From Rhodobiaceae bacterium UBA7804 (GTDB lineage: Bacteria; Pseudomonadota; Alphaproteobacteria; Parvibaculales; Parvibaculaceae), in contig DLCG01000008.1 in NCBI GenBank assembly GCA_002480495.1, positions 88,036-152,035 of the forward strand: a stretch of DNA of 64,000 bases, given 5' to 3'. How positions within the stretch are numbered: position 1 is the stretch's first letter; each line of letters starts with the position of its first letter. Both the position numbers and the translations under genes were made by a program. A model generated the notes under the pieces. That model worked only from the letters and a program-made list of their open reading frames with translations, did not search any database and had not been told where the DNA came from. Shown here piece after piece: positions 1 to 10,009 of this stretch.

Positions 1-1
1 C

Positions 2-274
2 GCGGTGCGCGAGCAGACGGTGAAGGCCGAGGTCATGGCCGCCGGTGCGCTGATGCGCTCAGGCAATGCCGAGGCCATGAGCGCGATCGCCGTGGGCACC
101 GTTTCGTCCGGAGGCGGATCGTCTTCCGGCGGCGCGGGCATGTCGCGTGTCGTCGAAGCCCGCATGAAGGGCTATGAGGGCGAAGCCTGCAGCGAATGCG
201 GCAACTTCACCATGGTCCGCAATGGTACGTGTCTGAAGTGCGACACGTGTGGCGGCACGAGCGGGTGTAGCTGA
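2..274 (+). CDS. nrdJ: Class II (adenosylcobalamin-dependent) ribonucleotide reductase, C-terminal fragment; 5' end lies outside the window
   Basis: The reading frame is open to the window edge. The tail KGYEGEACSECGNFTMVRNGTCLKCDTCGGTSGCS is the Cys-rich C-terminus I associate with alphaproteobacterial NrdJ. Confidence 0.8.
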   Translation, partial: AVREQTVKAEVMAAGALMRSGNAEAMSAIAVGTVSSGGGSSSGGAGMSRVVEARMKGYEGEACSECGNFTMVRNGTCLKCDTCGGTSGCS

Positions 275-320
275 GGTCGCTGTACGGCATTGTCCAGCCG
301 GCACCCACCACACCCCTTAT

Positions 321-345
321 GTCATTCCGGCGGAAGCCGGAATCC
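321..345. repeat. REP-like palindromic repeat, GTCAT family (gtcattccggcggaagccggaatcc)
   Basis: An 8-bp stem attccggc/gccggaat with a 4-nt loop, preceded by GTCAT. It is related in reverse orientation to the copy at 381-403. Confidence 0.7.
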
Positions 346-380
346 ATGTGCTGTCCTCAATATCATCGAGTCAGATGGAC

Positions 381-403
381 CCCGGCTTTCGCCGGGATGA
401 CAT
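381..403. repeat. REP-like palindromic repeat, same family, inverted copy (cccggctttcgccgggatgacat)
   Basis: This 23-mer is identical to 55566-55588. It has a 6-bp stem cccggc/gccggg, and its reverse complement reads atgtcatcccggcgaaagccggg. Confidence 0.8.
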
Positions 404-692
404 TTGGGAGTGCAGGCCACGCTCGAAATAAACTTATCCCCTTCCCTTCCTCCGTACCCATATTGATGTGATCTCGCTCCACCGAAGGGCGCGTCCGGAC
501 TGGCCGAATGCGTGGAGAGGGAACCGATCCTGCGGCGTGGGGAACAGTCCCGCGTCCCGGGCGATTTCAGGAGGTTGGCGGGTAATACGGCCCGCGGATC
601 GCCCCGGCCGATAAAAGCCGGAAGCGGTTCATGAGGTGGAGGAATCGTAACAGTCGGTGCGCGGAGCGTCGGAGGAGGACGCACCCCGCCTA

Positions 693-722
693 TCAAATAA
701 AATCATTGGCGGCGTCGCCGCC
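693..722 (-). terminator. Probable rho-independent terminator of the hybrid histidine kinase gene
   Basis: On the minus strand a ggcggc/gccgcc hairpin (708-722) is followed by AATGATTTTATTTGA. It lies about 70 nt after the stop at 790. Confidence 0.4.
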
Positions 723-789
723 GCTCCGCGCAACCTTCCCTTGAAGGCCGCACTCCATGCACAACTCCGAAGGCTCAGGCCTTGCGGAG

Positions 790-2742
790 CTATCCGTGTT
801 CCCGTACGACGCCATGCGCCTTCAATGCACCGAGAATATCTGCCGGGCGGAAGGGCTTTGCGATGTGGTCGTCCATACCCGCTTCGAGGCAGGCTTCCCG
901 GTGATGCGCCATCGCATTGGCGGTGAGGCCAAGGATCGGCGCCTTGAAGCCCATCTCCCGCAGCTTGCGGGTTGCGGTCAATCCGTCCATCACCGGCATC
1001 ATTACATCCATGAAGACAACGTCGAACTCCCGTTCCTTCACGGCCTCCAGCGCCGCCGCACCGTCAAAGGCATAAACGGGCTCGATACCCGCAATTGAAA
1101 GCACGGAGCCGATCACCTTGCGGTTGACCGGATTATCCTCGACGACGAGCACCGAAAGCGGTGCATCCGGCGTCGCCTCCACGGGTGCGGGCACGGGCGC
1201 AGCAGGCGCGGGCGCGGCCTTCGGCTCCGCGGGCGGCGGCACCTTTGCCTCCGCAGTCTCAATGCCCGCGACGAGCGGCAGCGTCACGGTGAAAAGCGAA
1301 CCCTTGCCTTCGATGCTCTCGACGGCAATGCGCCCGTTCATGGCGTCGACAAGACGCTGCACGATGGCAAGGCCAAGCCCCGTGCCCTCGATGCGGCTCG
1401 ACTTGCTATCCTCGATCCGCTCGAACTCGCGGAAGATGCTGTCGATCTTGTCGGCGGGAATGCCGCGGCCCGTATCGGCCACGCGAAGCACGAGATCGAG
1501 GCCGCTGGCGGTCTGCCGCGTTTCGGCGGTGAGCGTCACGTCGCCCTGCTCGGTGAACTTCACCGCATTGCCGAGCAGATTGAACAGTATCTGCGAGATG
1601 CGGTCCGGATCGCCCTTCAGCCAGGTGCGCGTCGACAGCGGCAGCACGGCGTTGAAGTTCAGCCCCTTGCTTTCGGCGCGCGAGGCCATCATGTCGCAAA
1701 CGGTACGCAGCAGCGTTTCGGCGTGAAAGTCACGGCTCGCGATCTCCACCTTGCGGGCTTCGAGCTTCGCCATGTCCAGCACGTCGTTGATGATCGAGAG
1801 CAGCATCTCGGCGGAGGAGCGCGCGGTGCGGATCAGTTCGAGCTGGTCGCCCGAGACTTCCGTCTCCTGCAGCATGTCGAGCATGCCCATCACGCCGGTC
1901 ATGGGCGTGCGGATTTCATGGCTCATGGAAGCGAGAAAAGCGCTCTTGGCCTCGCTTGCCCGCTTCGCGTCGTCCCGCGCCGCCACGAGCTCGGCTTCCG
2001 CCTGCTTCTGCGCGGTAATGTCCTGAATCTGGGAGATGAAGTAGAGCGGCTCACCGTTTTCCGCGCGCAGAATGGCGACAGCGAGATAGCCCCAGATGAT
2101 CTCGCCATCCTTGCGGATGTAGCGCTTCTCCATCTGATAGCCGTCGCGCTTGCCTTCGATGCACTCATGCATCAGGTCGAGATCGGCTTCGAGGTCGTCC
2201 GGCCAGGTGATGTCCTGGAAGGTGCGCGCGCGCAGCTCCTCCGCCGTGTATCCAAGCATGCGGCAGAGCGCCTCGTTCATCTGCAGCCATTCGCCGTCAA
2301 TGCCGACAAGCGCGATGCCATGCGCCGCGCCCATCAGCGCCATGCGGAACCGCAGATCGTTTTCCTCGTTCAAACTGCCAGAGGTGCAGTCCTGCACGAG
2401 GCCGCGAATGAGGTCTCCCTGCCGCTCAGTACAGAAAATACGCACGGCCACGGGATCGTCGCGAAAAGTGAAGCTGACGGTGAACGCATCGCCGGGCGCG
2501 CAGGTTTCCAGCCAGCCATGAAGCTGCTTCATGGAAGGCGAGCGGTCCGCCCGGCAGGGATAGAGCCGGCGGGGAACATTGCGGAAGTCGAGTACAGGCG
2601 AAAGGAGATCGAGCACGCCTTCGCCAAGGTCACAGGTCCAGGTTCCGATGGAAAAGGCACTGGCGAACGCTCCCACAAGATGTTGCGGCAGGTCGATCTC
2701 GCCGGACGGTGCCGGCATGAATTCAGCTCTGGAAGCGTTCAT
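790..2742 (-). CDS. Hybrid sensor histidine kinase / response regulator (N-terminal unknown region, PAS, HisKA, HATPase_c, Pro/Ala linker, REC)
   Basis: H-box SHEIRTPMTGV and G-boxes DTGRGI and GTGLGLAIV are present. The C-terminal receiver has VLVVEDNPVNRKV...DVVFMDVMMPVMDG...LTANA. A PAS-like segment (MNEALCRMLGYTAEEL) is also present. Confidence 0.9.
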   Translation of the reverse strand: MNASRAEFMPAPSGEIDLPQHLVGAFASAFSIGTWTCDLGEGVLDLLSPVLDFRNVPRRLYPCRADRSPSMKQLHGWLETCAPGDAFTVSFTFRDDPVAVRIFCTERQGDLIRGLVQDCTSGSLNEENDLRFRMALMGAAHGIALVGIDGEWLQMNEALCRMLGYTAEELRARTFQDITWPDDLEADLDLMHECIEGKRDGYQMEKRYIRKDGEIIWGYLAVAILRAENGEPLYFISQIQDITAQKQAEAELVAARDDAKRASEAKSAFLASMSHEIRTPMTGVMGMLDMLQETEVSGDQLELIRTARSSAEMLLSIINDVLDMAKLEARKVEIASRDFHAETLLRTVCDMMASRAESKGLNFNAVLPLSTRTWLKGDPDRISQILFNLLGNAVKFTEQGDVTLTAETRQTASGLDLVLRVADTGRGIPADKIDSIFREFERIEDSKSSRIEGTGLGLAIVQRLVDAMNGRIAVESIEGKGSLFTVTLPLVAGIETAEAKVPPPAEPKAAPAPAAPVPAPVEATPDAPLSVLVVEDNPVNRKVIGSVLSIAGIEPVYAFDGAAALEAVKEREFDVVFMDVMMPVMDGLTATRKLREMGFKAPILGLTANAMAHHREACLEAGMDDHIAKPFRPADILGALKAHGVVREHG

Positions 2743-2925
2743 TCGGACATTCCATCGGGGGTGAAGCCCGGCCCGGAGGCCGAGATACCATCCAGCGATT
2801 TAACCCTGCGATGCTTAACCACAGGTTTCCTCCGGGATTTGGATGCCCCCCTCGAGAATCCCGGATTTGAGCCACAGCCGCGGCGGACCTAGACTTTTGC
2901 GGCACATCCGGAGGGGAGATTTCCC

Positions 2926-4158
2926 GTGAACGCCTATGAAGCCCTCGTCGCGGTCGCGGTGCTCATTATCGCCTATGGGCTTGTCTCGGGCGGCCGCATC
3001 GGACGCCATGTCACCGCGCCCATGGTTTTTACCGCGGCGGGTGCCCTGCTCGCGTTTCTCGGCTTCGGAAGCAGCGCGGGCGCCGCCGAGAACGAAATCG
3101 TTAACGAAGCCATGCGTCTTCTGGCCGAGTTCGGGCTCGCGATTCTGCTCTTCACGGATGCGGCGCGGATCAACCCTTCCCATCTCCGGAAGGACGATCG
3201 CCTTCCCGCCCGAATGCTGCTCATCGGGCTGCCGGGTGCCGCCCTGTTCGGTTTCGGGGTCGCCTGGGCCATGTTTCCGGGTGAAACATGGTGGGCGCTG
3301 GCGCTGATGGCCCTCATACTGGCACCGACCGACGCAGCGCTCGCCCAAAGCGCCATCGCCAATGAGAAGATGCCCGAGCGCATCTCCCAGACGCTCAATG
3401 TCGAGAGCGGGCTCAATGACGGGCTGGTGCTGCCACCGATCCTCATCGTGCTTGGCATCGCGGCCGGGGAAGCGGCCACATCGGGAGCGGCGGCGACGCT
3501 TGCCGGCCATCTCATTCTCGGGCCCCTTGCAGGCATCGTCATCGGCTATGGCGGCGGCTGGCTGATCCGCCATGCCGTTCGCGCCCATGAGATGACGCCG
3601 CTCTTTCAGCGGCTATCCGCGCCAGCGCTCGCCATCATCGCCTATGCGGGCGCGGAGGCCGTGGCGGGAAACGGCTTTATCGCCGCCTTCGTCGCCGGTC
3701 TCATGATGCCCCTTACGCTGCACAGGGACCGCCCCGCGCAGCGGCTGGAGGAATTCGCCGAAGCGGAGGCAAGCATTCTCACCTCGGCGCTTTTCCTGCT
3801 TTTCGGTGCCCTCATCCTGCCGGTCGGCGCGCCGCTCTGGGATCTCAGCGCCCTCTTCTACGCCCTGCTCAGCCTGACGGCGGTCAGGATGGTGCCGGTC
3901 GCCCTCTCCCTCATCGGCGCCGGCCTGGGGCCCGGCACGACCGGACTTCTGGCCTGGTTCGGCCCGCGCGGTATCGCCTCCGTCCTCTATCTGCTGATCG
4001 TCATGCAACAACTGGCCGGCGAGACGCCCGAACGCCTCATCTCGATCGTTTCGCTGACGGTCCTGCTGTCGATCTTCCTGCACGGCATATCGGCAAGCCC
4101 GTTGGCAAACCTCTATTTCCGTTTCAGCCAGGAAAAGGGAGGCAAGGAAGACGGCTAG
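2926..4158 (+). CDS. Cation:proton antiporter (Na+/H+ exchanger family), multi-pass membrane protein
   Basis: 410-aa hydrophobic protein with a GTG start. Motifs LAPTDAAL and ESGLNDG are typical of the CPA1 Na_H_Exchanger family. Confidence 0.8.
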   Translation: MNAYEALVAVAVLIIAYGLVSGGRIGRHVTAPMVFTAAGALLAFLGFGSSAGAAENEIVNEAMRLLAEFGLAILLFTDAARINPSHLRKDDRLPARMLLIGLPGAALFGFGVAWAMFPGETWWALALMALILAPTDAALAQSAIANEKMPERISQTLNVESGLNDGLVLPPILIVLGIAAGEAATSGAAATLAGHLILGPLAGIVIGYGGGWLIRHAVRAHEMTPLFQRLSAPALAIIAYAGAEAVAGNGFIAAFVAGLMMPLTLHRDRPAQRLEEFAEAEASILTSALFLLFGALILPVGAPLWDLSALFYALLSLTAVRMVPVALSLIGAGLGPGTTGLLAWFGPRGIASVLYLLIVMQQLAGETPERLISIVSLTVLLSIFLHGISASPLANLYFRFSQEKGGKEDG

Positions 4159-4245
4159 GCTCTGTCGCAATCCGGTCAAAATCCGAGCCTAGAGACTCAC
4201 CGCTTGGGGCTTTTTGAGGCAACCAGCAATTCGAAAGGCAGAACG

Positions 4246-4776
4246 ATGAAAAGAACCGGAATTTTTCTTGCGGCCCTCGCGATGTGCGCCATGGGCGCCG
4301 CGCCTGCTTTCGCCGCCAATGTCTACGAGACACTGAAAGGCAATCCGCAATTCTCGACGCTGACGAAGATCATCGAAGCGAACGAGCTGAAGTTCCGCTA
4401 CACGGAGGGCAACATCACGGTCTTCGCGCCCACCGACGAAGCGCTTGCGAACCAGCCCGGCGGCATCGACGATCTGCTCGCAGGCGACAATCCCAGCAAC
4501 AAGGAGAATGCACGCGCCCTGCTTCTCTACAGCATCGTGAGCGGCCGCCTGACGCCAGCGCAGCTCGAGGGCAAGGTGACTGATGCGACGACGCTCCAGC
4601 GCGGCAAGGTGAAGATCGACGGCACGCGGACGCCGATCCATTACGGCAGCGAGAAGTTCGGCGCCAATGTTTCCGGCGATGCCATCGAGGCGTCCAACGG
4701 CGTCATTATTCCGGTGGACGCGTTGGCGATCCCCGTCTTCGACGAGGAGACGCCGCATTCGCCCGAGGCGCAATAG
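4246..4776 (+). CDS. Secreted fasciclin (FAS1) domain protein
   Basis: Signal peptide MKRTGIFLAALAMCAMGAAPAFA. FAS1 motifs TVFAPTDEAL and NGVIIPVD are present. The start was moved to the internal ATG that precedes the signal peptide. Confidence 0.8.
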   Translation: MKRTGIFLAALAMCAMGAAPAFAANVYETLKGNPQFSTLTKIIEANELKFRYTEGNITVFAPTDEALANQPGGIDDLLAGDNPSNKENARALLLYSIVSGRLTPAQLEGKVTDATTLQRGKVKIDGTRTPIHYGSEKFGANVSGDAIEASNGVIIPVDALAIPVFDEETPHSPEAQ

Positions 4777-4784
4777 ACGCGCTT

Positions 4785-5231
4785 TCAGACGTTGTAGCTT
4801 TCCGAAAGCTGTTCCTTGATCTCGCGCGGGGTGAGCTGGGTATAGTCCTTGTTCACCTCGCCGAGCAGCTTTTCCTTCGTCTCGGGAGAGAGAAGCGGGC
4901 GCAAGTTGCCCAGCATTTCCGGCGGCGCGACGAGGATCAGCTTGTCGAAATCGCCATTGCGCGACTTCTCCTTGAGAAGCCCCGCAATCTCCCGGGCGAA
5001 GTCGCGTTTCGCCTGCTCGTGCCAGTCGGCCGGGGGCTCATATGCGGAACGGCGATTGCCGACACTTTCGAAGGTGCGCCCGGGTTTGTCGGTGCCTTGC
5101 TCCCGCGTCGGCGGGTTAGGCATGTTGAGATCCGGCATGGCAATCGCGGGATCGGCATTCCGCTTCTCGCTGGCGAGAAACCGGCACATGCCGCCATCCG
5201 TCACGACGATCCAGATTCGCTTCGGCTGCAT
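4785..5231 (-). CDS. Host-attachment-protein family (eRF1-like fold) protein
   Basis: 148 aa, with N-terminus WIVVTDGGMCRFL and LILVAPPEMLGNLR, as I recall for this family. The gene is convergent with the fasciclin gene. Confidence 0.6.
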   Translation of the reverse strand: MQPKRIWIVVTDGGMCRFLASEKRNADPAIAMPDLNMPNPPTREQGTDKPGRTFESVGNRRSAYEPPADWHEQAKRDFAREIAGLLKEKSRNGDFDKLILVAPPEMLGNLRPLLSPETKEKLLGEVNKDYTQLTPREIKEQLSESYNV

Positions 5232-5323
5232 CTATACCTCCGCTTTCTGCCCCATCCACAGGGACATAGTGGCAGGAGCGAAGGCGACAAGGTAGTCCCC
5301 GCAGGGGGCTGCGCCGAATAGCC

Positions 5324-7153
5324 TCAGCCGTCCTTCTTCTTCTCGAGCGGGGGCACGACGCGAATATGCAGTTCTTTCAACTGCTTCGGTTCGACTTCCG
5401 AAGGCGCCTGCATCAGCAGATCCTGCGCCTGCTGGTTCATCGGGAACATGGTCACCTCGCGCAGGTTTTCCACGCCCGCGAGCAGCATCACCATGCGGTC
5501 GATACCGGGCGCAAGGCCGCCATGCGGGGGCGCGCCATATTTGAAGGCATTCAGCATGCCGCCGAACTTCGTCTCGACCACGGACTTGTCATAGCCCGCG
5601 ATCTCGAAGGCCTTGTACATGACATCCGGCTTGTGGTTACGCACGGCGCCGGAGGAAAGCTCCACGCCATTGCAGACGATGTCGTACTGGAAGGCGGTTA
5701 TACCGAGGATCTCGTCCGCATCGGCCTTGTCGAGCTGGAGGAACTTGTCGAGCGGGTAGTTCGGCATCGAAAACGGATTGTGCGAGAAGTCGATCTTCTT
5801 CTCGTCCTCGTTCCACTCATACATCGGGAAGTCGACGATCCAGCAGAACTTGAAGACGCCCTCTTCGACAAGGCCAAGCTCCGTGCCGATGCGCGTGCGC
5901 GCCTGGCCGGCAAAGCTCGCGAACTTGGCGGGCTGGCCGGCGACGAAGAAGACGGCATCTCCCGCTTCAAGGCCGAGCTGGGTGCGGATCGCCTCGGTGC
6001 GTTCCGGGCCGATATTCTTCGCGACGGGGCCCGCACCTTCCAGCGCGCCGCCCTCTTCGCGGAAGAAAATATAGCCGAGGCCCGGCTGGCCCTCTCCCTG
6101 CGCCCAGGAATTCATGCGGTCGCAGAAGGCGCGGTTGCCGCCGCCCGGCGCCGGGATCGCCCAAACCTCGACCTTCGAGTCCTTCTCGATCATGCCGGCG
6201 AAGACCTTGAAGCCGGAGCCGCGGAACTGCTCCGTCACGTTCTGCATCTCGATCGGGTTGCGCAGGTCCGGCTTGTCGGAGCCGTATTTGCGCATCGCTT
6301 CGGCGTAGGGGATACGCGTGAAGGGATAAGGCGAAACTTTCCTGTCGCCCGCGAACTCCTCGAAAAGCCCATGCAGCACGGGTTCGATGGCAGCAAAAAC
6401 ATCGTCCTGCGTGACGAAGCTCATCTCGACATCGAGCTGATAGAATTCGCCGGGCGAGCGGTCGGCGCGGGCATCCTCGTCGCGGAAGCAGGGCGCGATC
6501 TGGAAGTAGCGGTCGAAACCCGCCACCATGATGAGCTGCTTGAACTGCTGCGGCGCCTGCGGCAGCGCATAGAACTTGCCGGGATGCATGCGCGAGGGCA
6601 CGAGGAAGTCGCGCGCGCCTTCCGGGCTCGAAGCGGTCAGGATCGGCGTCTGGAATTCGTTGAAGCCTGCTTCCGTCATCCGGCGGCGCACCGATGCGAT
6701 GATCTTCGAGCGGAGCAGGATGTTCCGGTGCAGCGTCTCGCGGCGCAGGTCGAGAAAGCGATAGGTGAGCCGGATGTCTTCGGGATAGTCCGGCTCGCCG
6801 AAGACCGGCAGCGGCAGGTCCTGCGCTTCCGAGAGTACCTCCATAGACGCAACGGCGATCTCGATATCCCCGGTGGGCAGATTGGGGTTTACCGTTTCCG
6901 CGGAGCGGGCGAGAACCTTGCCTTCGACCGACACCACGAATTCGGAACGAACCTTTTCGGCGAGCCCGAAGGCCTCTGCCCGGTCGGGATCGAAGACGAG
7001 CTGGGTCAGCCCGTAATTGTCGCGCAGGTCGATGAAAAGGAGGCCGCCATGGTCGCGCTTGCGGTGGACCCAGCCCGATAGACGGACGGTCTCGCCCACA
7101 TGCGACTTGCGAAGCTCGCCACAGGTGTGGCTGCGGAAACTGCTCATTGTCAT
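5324..7153 (-). CDS. aspS: Aspartate--tRNA ligase
   Basis: Class II aaRS motifs [14 protein letters not shown]-like ([19 protein letters not shown]) and [14 protein letters not shown] are present. The N-terminus RSHTCGELR...[19 protein letters not shown] fits AspS. The start was set at the internal ATG (MTMSSFRSH); the upstream 107 codons look like a spurious extension. Confidence 0.95.
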   Translation of the reverse strand: MTMSSFRSHTCGELRKSHVGETVRLSGWVHRKRDHGGLLFIDLRDNYGLTQLVFDPDRAEAFGLAEKVRSEFVVSVEGKVLARSAETVNPNLPTGDIEIAVASMEVLSEAQDLPLPVFGEPDYPEDIRLTYRFLDLRRETLHRNILLRSKIIASVRRRMTEAGFNEFQTPILTASSPEGARDFLVPSRMHPGKFYALPQAPQQFKQLIMVAGFDRYFQIAPCFRDEDARADRSPGEFYQLDVEMSFVTQDDVFAAIEPVLHGLFEEFAGDRKVSPYPFTRIPYAEAMRKYGSDKPDLRNPIEMQNVTEQFRGSGFKVFAGMIEKDSKVEVWAIPAPGGGNRAFCDRMNSWAQGEGQPGLGYIFFREEGGALEGAGPVAKNIGPERTEAIRTQLGLEAGDAVFFVAGQPAKFASFAGQARTRIGTELGLVEEGVFKFCWIVDFPMYEWNEDEKKIDFSHNPFSMPNYPLDKFLQLDKADADEILGITAFQYDIVCNGVELSSGAVRNHKPDVMYKAFEIAGYDKSVVETKFGGMLNAFKYGAPPHGGLAPGIDRMVMLLAGVENLREVTMFPMNQQAQDLLMQAPSEVEPKQLKELHIRVVPPLEKKKDG

Positions 7154-7316
7154 AAAGCCTTGAGATTCAAGCACGAATCGGCGCGAGATAACTAACGATA
7201 TACCCGGCGACGGGGGAAAAGCGCATGGATCGGCGGCTCTTGTCAAGGGCGGGAGGCCCATCCCGTTCCATATCTCTGGCAGGACAGCGCAATCAGGATC
7301 GGCTATAGAGCGGCGC

Positions 7317-8474
7317 ATGGAAATCATTACGACGAACGAGGCCCTGAAGGCCGCCTGTGACCGGCTTTCCGACGCCGGCTTTGTCACCGTCGATACCGAG
7401 TTCATGCGGGATTCGACATTCTGGCCGGTTCTGTGCCTGATCCAGCTTGCGGGGCCCAGGGACGAAATCATCATCGACCCTCTGGCGCCGGATATCGACC
7501 TCGCCCCCTTCTATGCCCTGATGAAGAACCGGAAGGTCGTGAAGGTCTTCCATGCGGCGCGGCAGGACATCGAAATCTTCTATCACGAGGGGGACGCGAT
7601 CCCGGACCCGCTGTTCGACACGCAGGTGGCAGCGATGGTCTGCGGCTTCGGCGACTCTGTCGGCTATGAAACGCTGGTCCGCAAGCTTACGGGGGGCAGC
7701 GTCGACAAGTCCTCCCGCTTCACCGACTGGTCGCGCCGGCCGCTTTCCGAAAAGCAGCTCCAATACGCGATGGCGGACGTCACCTATCTGCGTACGATTT
7801 ACGAAGTGCTGGCAAAGCGCCTCACACAGACCAAGCGCTCGCACTGGGTAGCCGAGGAGATGGCGGTCCTCCAGGACCCCGAGACCTATGCCATGCGGCC
7901 CGAGAACGCATGGAAACGGCTGAAGATGCGCTTCCGTGGGCGGCGCGGGCTCGCGGTGCTCGTCGAGGTCGCCGCCTGGCGCGAAAGGCAGGCGCAGGAG
8001 CGCGATATGCCGCGCTCGCGCATCATGAAGGATGATGCGCTCTATGAAATCGCGACCCAGCTTCCCAAGAGCGTGAGCGACCTCGACGCGCTTCGTGCCG
8101 TGCCCAAGGGCTTCTCGAACAGCCGCTCCGCGGCGAGCCTGATGGAAGCCGTCGAGCGAGGCCTCGGAATGAACGAGGAAGACATTCCCGTCGTCGAGGG
8201 GCCGGAGCCCCTGCCCGCCGGGATCGGTCCGCTGGTCGAACTTCTGAAGGTACTGCTCAAGCAGAAATGCGAGGAGCATGACGTGGCGCAGAAGCTGGTC
8301 GCCAATGTCAGCGACCTCGAACTCATCGCCGCCCACACGGAGGCGGACGTACCCGCGATGAAGGGCTGGCGCCGCGAACTTTTCGGAGAGGACGCCCTCA
8401 GGCTCAAGCGTGGCGAACTCGCCATCGGCGCAAAGGGCAAGCGCATCGTGCTGATCGAGACGGGGAAGAAGTAG
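7317..8474 (+). CDS. rnd: Ribonuclease D
   Basis: DEDDy exonuclease motifs VDTEFMR and [11 protein letters not shown] are present, with YAMADVTYL and a downstream HRDC-like region. The size of 385 aa fits RNase D. Confidence 0.9.
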   Translation: MEIITTNEALKAACDRLSDAGFVTVDTEFMRDSTFWPVLCLIQLAGPRDEIIIDPLAPDIDLAPFYALMKNRKVVKVFHAARQDIEIFYHEGDAIPDPLFDTQVAAMVCGFGDSVGYETLVRKLTGGSVDKSSRFTDWSRRPLSEKQLQYAMADVTYLRTIYEVLAKRLTQTKRSHWVAEEMAVLQDPETYAMRPENAWKRLKMRFRGRRGLAVLVEVAAWRERQAQERDMPRSRIMKDDALYEIATQLPKSVSDLDALRAVPKGFSNSRSAASLMEAVERGLGMNEEDIPVVEGPEPLPAGIGPLVELLKVLLKQKCEEHDVAQKLVANVSDLELIAAHTEADVPAMKGWRRELFGEDALRLKRGELAIGAKGKRIVLIETGKK

Positions 8475-8479
8475 CGGCC

Positions 8480-9976
8480 CTACTTGCCGATCCTGATGTC
8501 GCTCTTGCGGCCAAGCGCCTTGGCAAGTGCGGCAAGACGCTTCGCCACGATCTCTCCCACAAGTGCTTCGTACTTCTTGGGTACGACGAGGGTGAGAGAA
8601 TTCTTGCCGATATCGAAGCGCGTCTTCGGAAGCATACCCATCGTGGCCCCGGAGAGCGTGAAGGCAAGGCGCAGCGCAAGGCCAAGAATGAGCGCGCGTT
8701 CATTGTCGCGCTCCGGAATATAGGCCGAGCGATTGCCAAGCATTTCCGGTTCGCCCCTGCCTTCATGGCGATGATAGCCGACGCGGGCGAGGTAAAGCCT
8801 GCCCTGATGATCGATGCCCGAGAAGGGGGCGAGCAGGATCTGAGTCATGGCGTGATGCGCCCGGTAGTCCGGATGCACATACCAGCCGATATCGGCGAGA
8901 ATACAGGCGGCATGGCGAAGCCTCGACTCTTCCGCCGTCTCGCCGAGAACATCATCGGCAAAGAGCGGCGCCGTCCATTTGAAGAACTCATTGCCATGCT
9001 GCGGAAAGCGCGCCAGGCGCCCGGCGAGATCACGGCAGCCCTCGATCAGCGGGTCCTTCTGCTGCTCCTTCTTGTCGAGCCGTTCGAATAGCAACCCTTC
9101 CCGAAGGCCATAGGCCGATATGACGATTTCCTTCGCCCTGGAAGCGGAGATCAATTTGTCGAGCACCAGCGCGCCGAAGGGAAGCGCCTCCACACGGCGC
9201 TCCGACACGTCCGGTATTTGCGCCAGCGATTTCGGTCCCAGCTTCTCGATCACTCGCGAGATATCCGCGGCATCGCGAGCCGGGATTACATACTGGTGCA
9301 GAACATGAATCGGATAATTGCGTTGCGCCATATGGATACGGGCGAGGTTTCGCCACACACCGCCCACGGCATAAATCGGCTTGCCCTCATAGTTCTTCAG
9401 CCATTTCTGTTCGCCGAAGGCGCGCTCGACGAAGGATTCCGCCTCCGCGAGACTGCCATGGGAAAGATCCATCAGGCGAAGCGGCCCGAGAGGAAGGGTT
9501 GCCCCCTCGCCCGGCTTGCCATTGGCGACCGGTACCAGCTCAAGACTTCCGCCACCCAGATCGCCGACCAGGCCCTCCGCTGTTGGAATGCCGGACAGGA
9601 CGCCTTGAGCGGATATACGCGCTTCGTCGAGGCCCGAAAGCAGCATGATCTTGAAGCCGCATATGCTTTCGGCGCGCTCCAGAAAATCGGCGCCGTCCTC
9701 CGCGTCGCGCACGGCCGCCGTGGCGGCGACGACGAGATTGGGCACGCCGATCTGTTCGCGCAGCGCCATGAAGCGCCGCAGCGCATCCAGCGCGCGCTCG
9801 ATACCCTTGGGGTCGAGACGACCGGTCGAGGCAAGGGAACGGCCAAGACCCGCCATGACCTTTTCGTTGAAAACAAGCACGGGATTCCGCTCGACGCCCG
9901 CATAGACGACGAGGCGCACCGAGTTCGATCCGAGATCGACGATGCCGAAACGGCCTCCGGCCTTCCCACGGCTCAC
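8480..9976 (-). CDS. ppx: Exopolyphosphatase / Ppx-GppA family phosphatase
   Basis: The N-terminal FGIVDLGSNSVRLVVY ASKHA-fold motif is present. The size is 498 aa and the gene lies next to ppk1. Confidence 0.85.
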   Translation of the reverse strand: MSRGKAGGRFGIVDLGSNSVRLVVYAGVERNPVLVFNEKVMAGLGRSLASTGRLDPKGIERALDALRRFMALREQIGVPNLVVAATAAVRDAEDGADFLERAESICGFKIMLLSGLDEARISAQGVLSGIPTAEGLVGDLGGGSLELVPVANGKPGEGATLPLGPLRLMDLSHGSLAEAESFVERAFGEQKWLKNYEGKPIYAVGGVWRNLARIHMAQRNYPIHVLHQYVIPARDAADISRVIEKLGPKSLAQIPDVSERRVEALPFGALVLDKLISASRAKEIVISAYGLREGLLFERLDKKEQQKDPLIEGCRDLAGRLARFPQHGNEFFKWTAPLFADDVLGETAEESRLRHAACILADIGWYVHPDYRAHHAMTQILLAPFSGIDHQGRLYLARVGYHRHEGRGEPEMLGNRSAYIPERDNERALILGLALRLAFTLSGATMGMLPKTRFDIGKNSLTLVVPKKYEALVGEIVAKRLAALAKALGRKSDIRIGK

Positions 9977-10009
9977 AGCTCAACCTCCGCTGTTTGCCGC
10001 AAGATAGAT

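Noticed and set aside
249-696. ORFs 249-431 (+) and 322-696 (-) in the nrdJ-kinase spacer.
   Set aside because: Both are built on the palindromic repeats (peptides VIPAEAGIH, DPGFRRDD and HPGESRGP). They have no start context and no domain signal.
420-722. Possible cobalamin riboswitch (because of nrdJ) or tmRNA. The minus strand reads GCC AAT GAT TTT ATT TGA, reminiscent of an ANDN-type tag start.
   Set aside because: I could not find the B12 box (AGCCAGGAGACCTGCC-like), GCCACTG or the AGGGAA...GGTG core on either strand, and no gene lies downstream to regulate. The tag-like frame stops after 5 codons, and the sequence is better explained as the T-rich tail of a terminator hairpin. An Infernal scan would be decisive.
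7154-7474. N-terminal extensions of core genes in the ORF track: aspS 7154-7474, fabD 48729-49061, fabF 46421-46516, ndk 18222-18320, purN 16323-16562, the ldt gene 16859-17209, rpsF 48967-49074, and the MBL-rhodanese gene 56991-57227.
   Set aside because: The extensions are Arg/Pro/Gly-rich and precede internal Met codons that reproduce the canonical N-termini of the families. They also overlap neighbouring genes or promoters.
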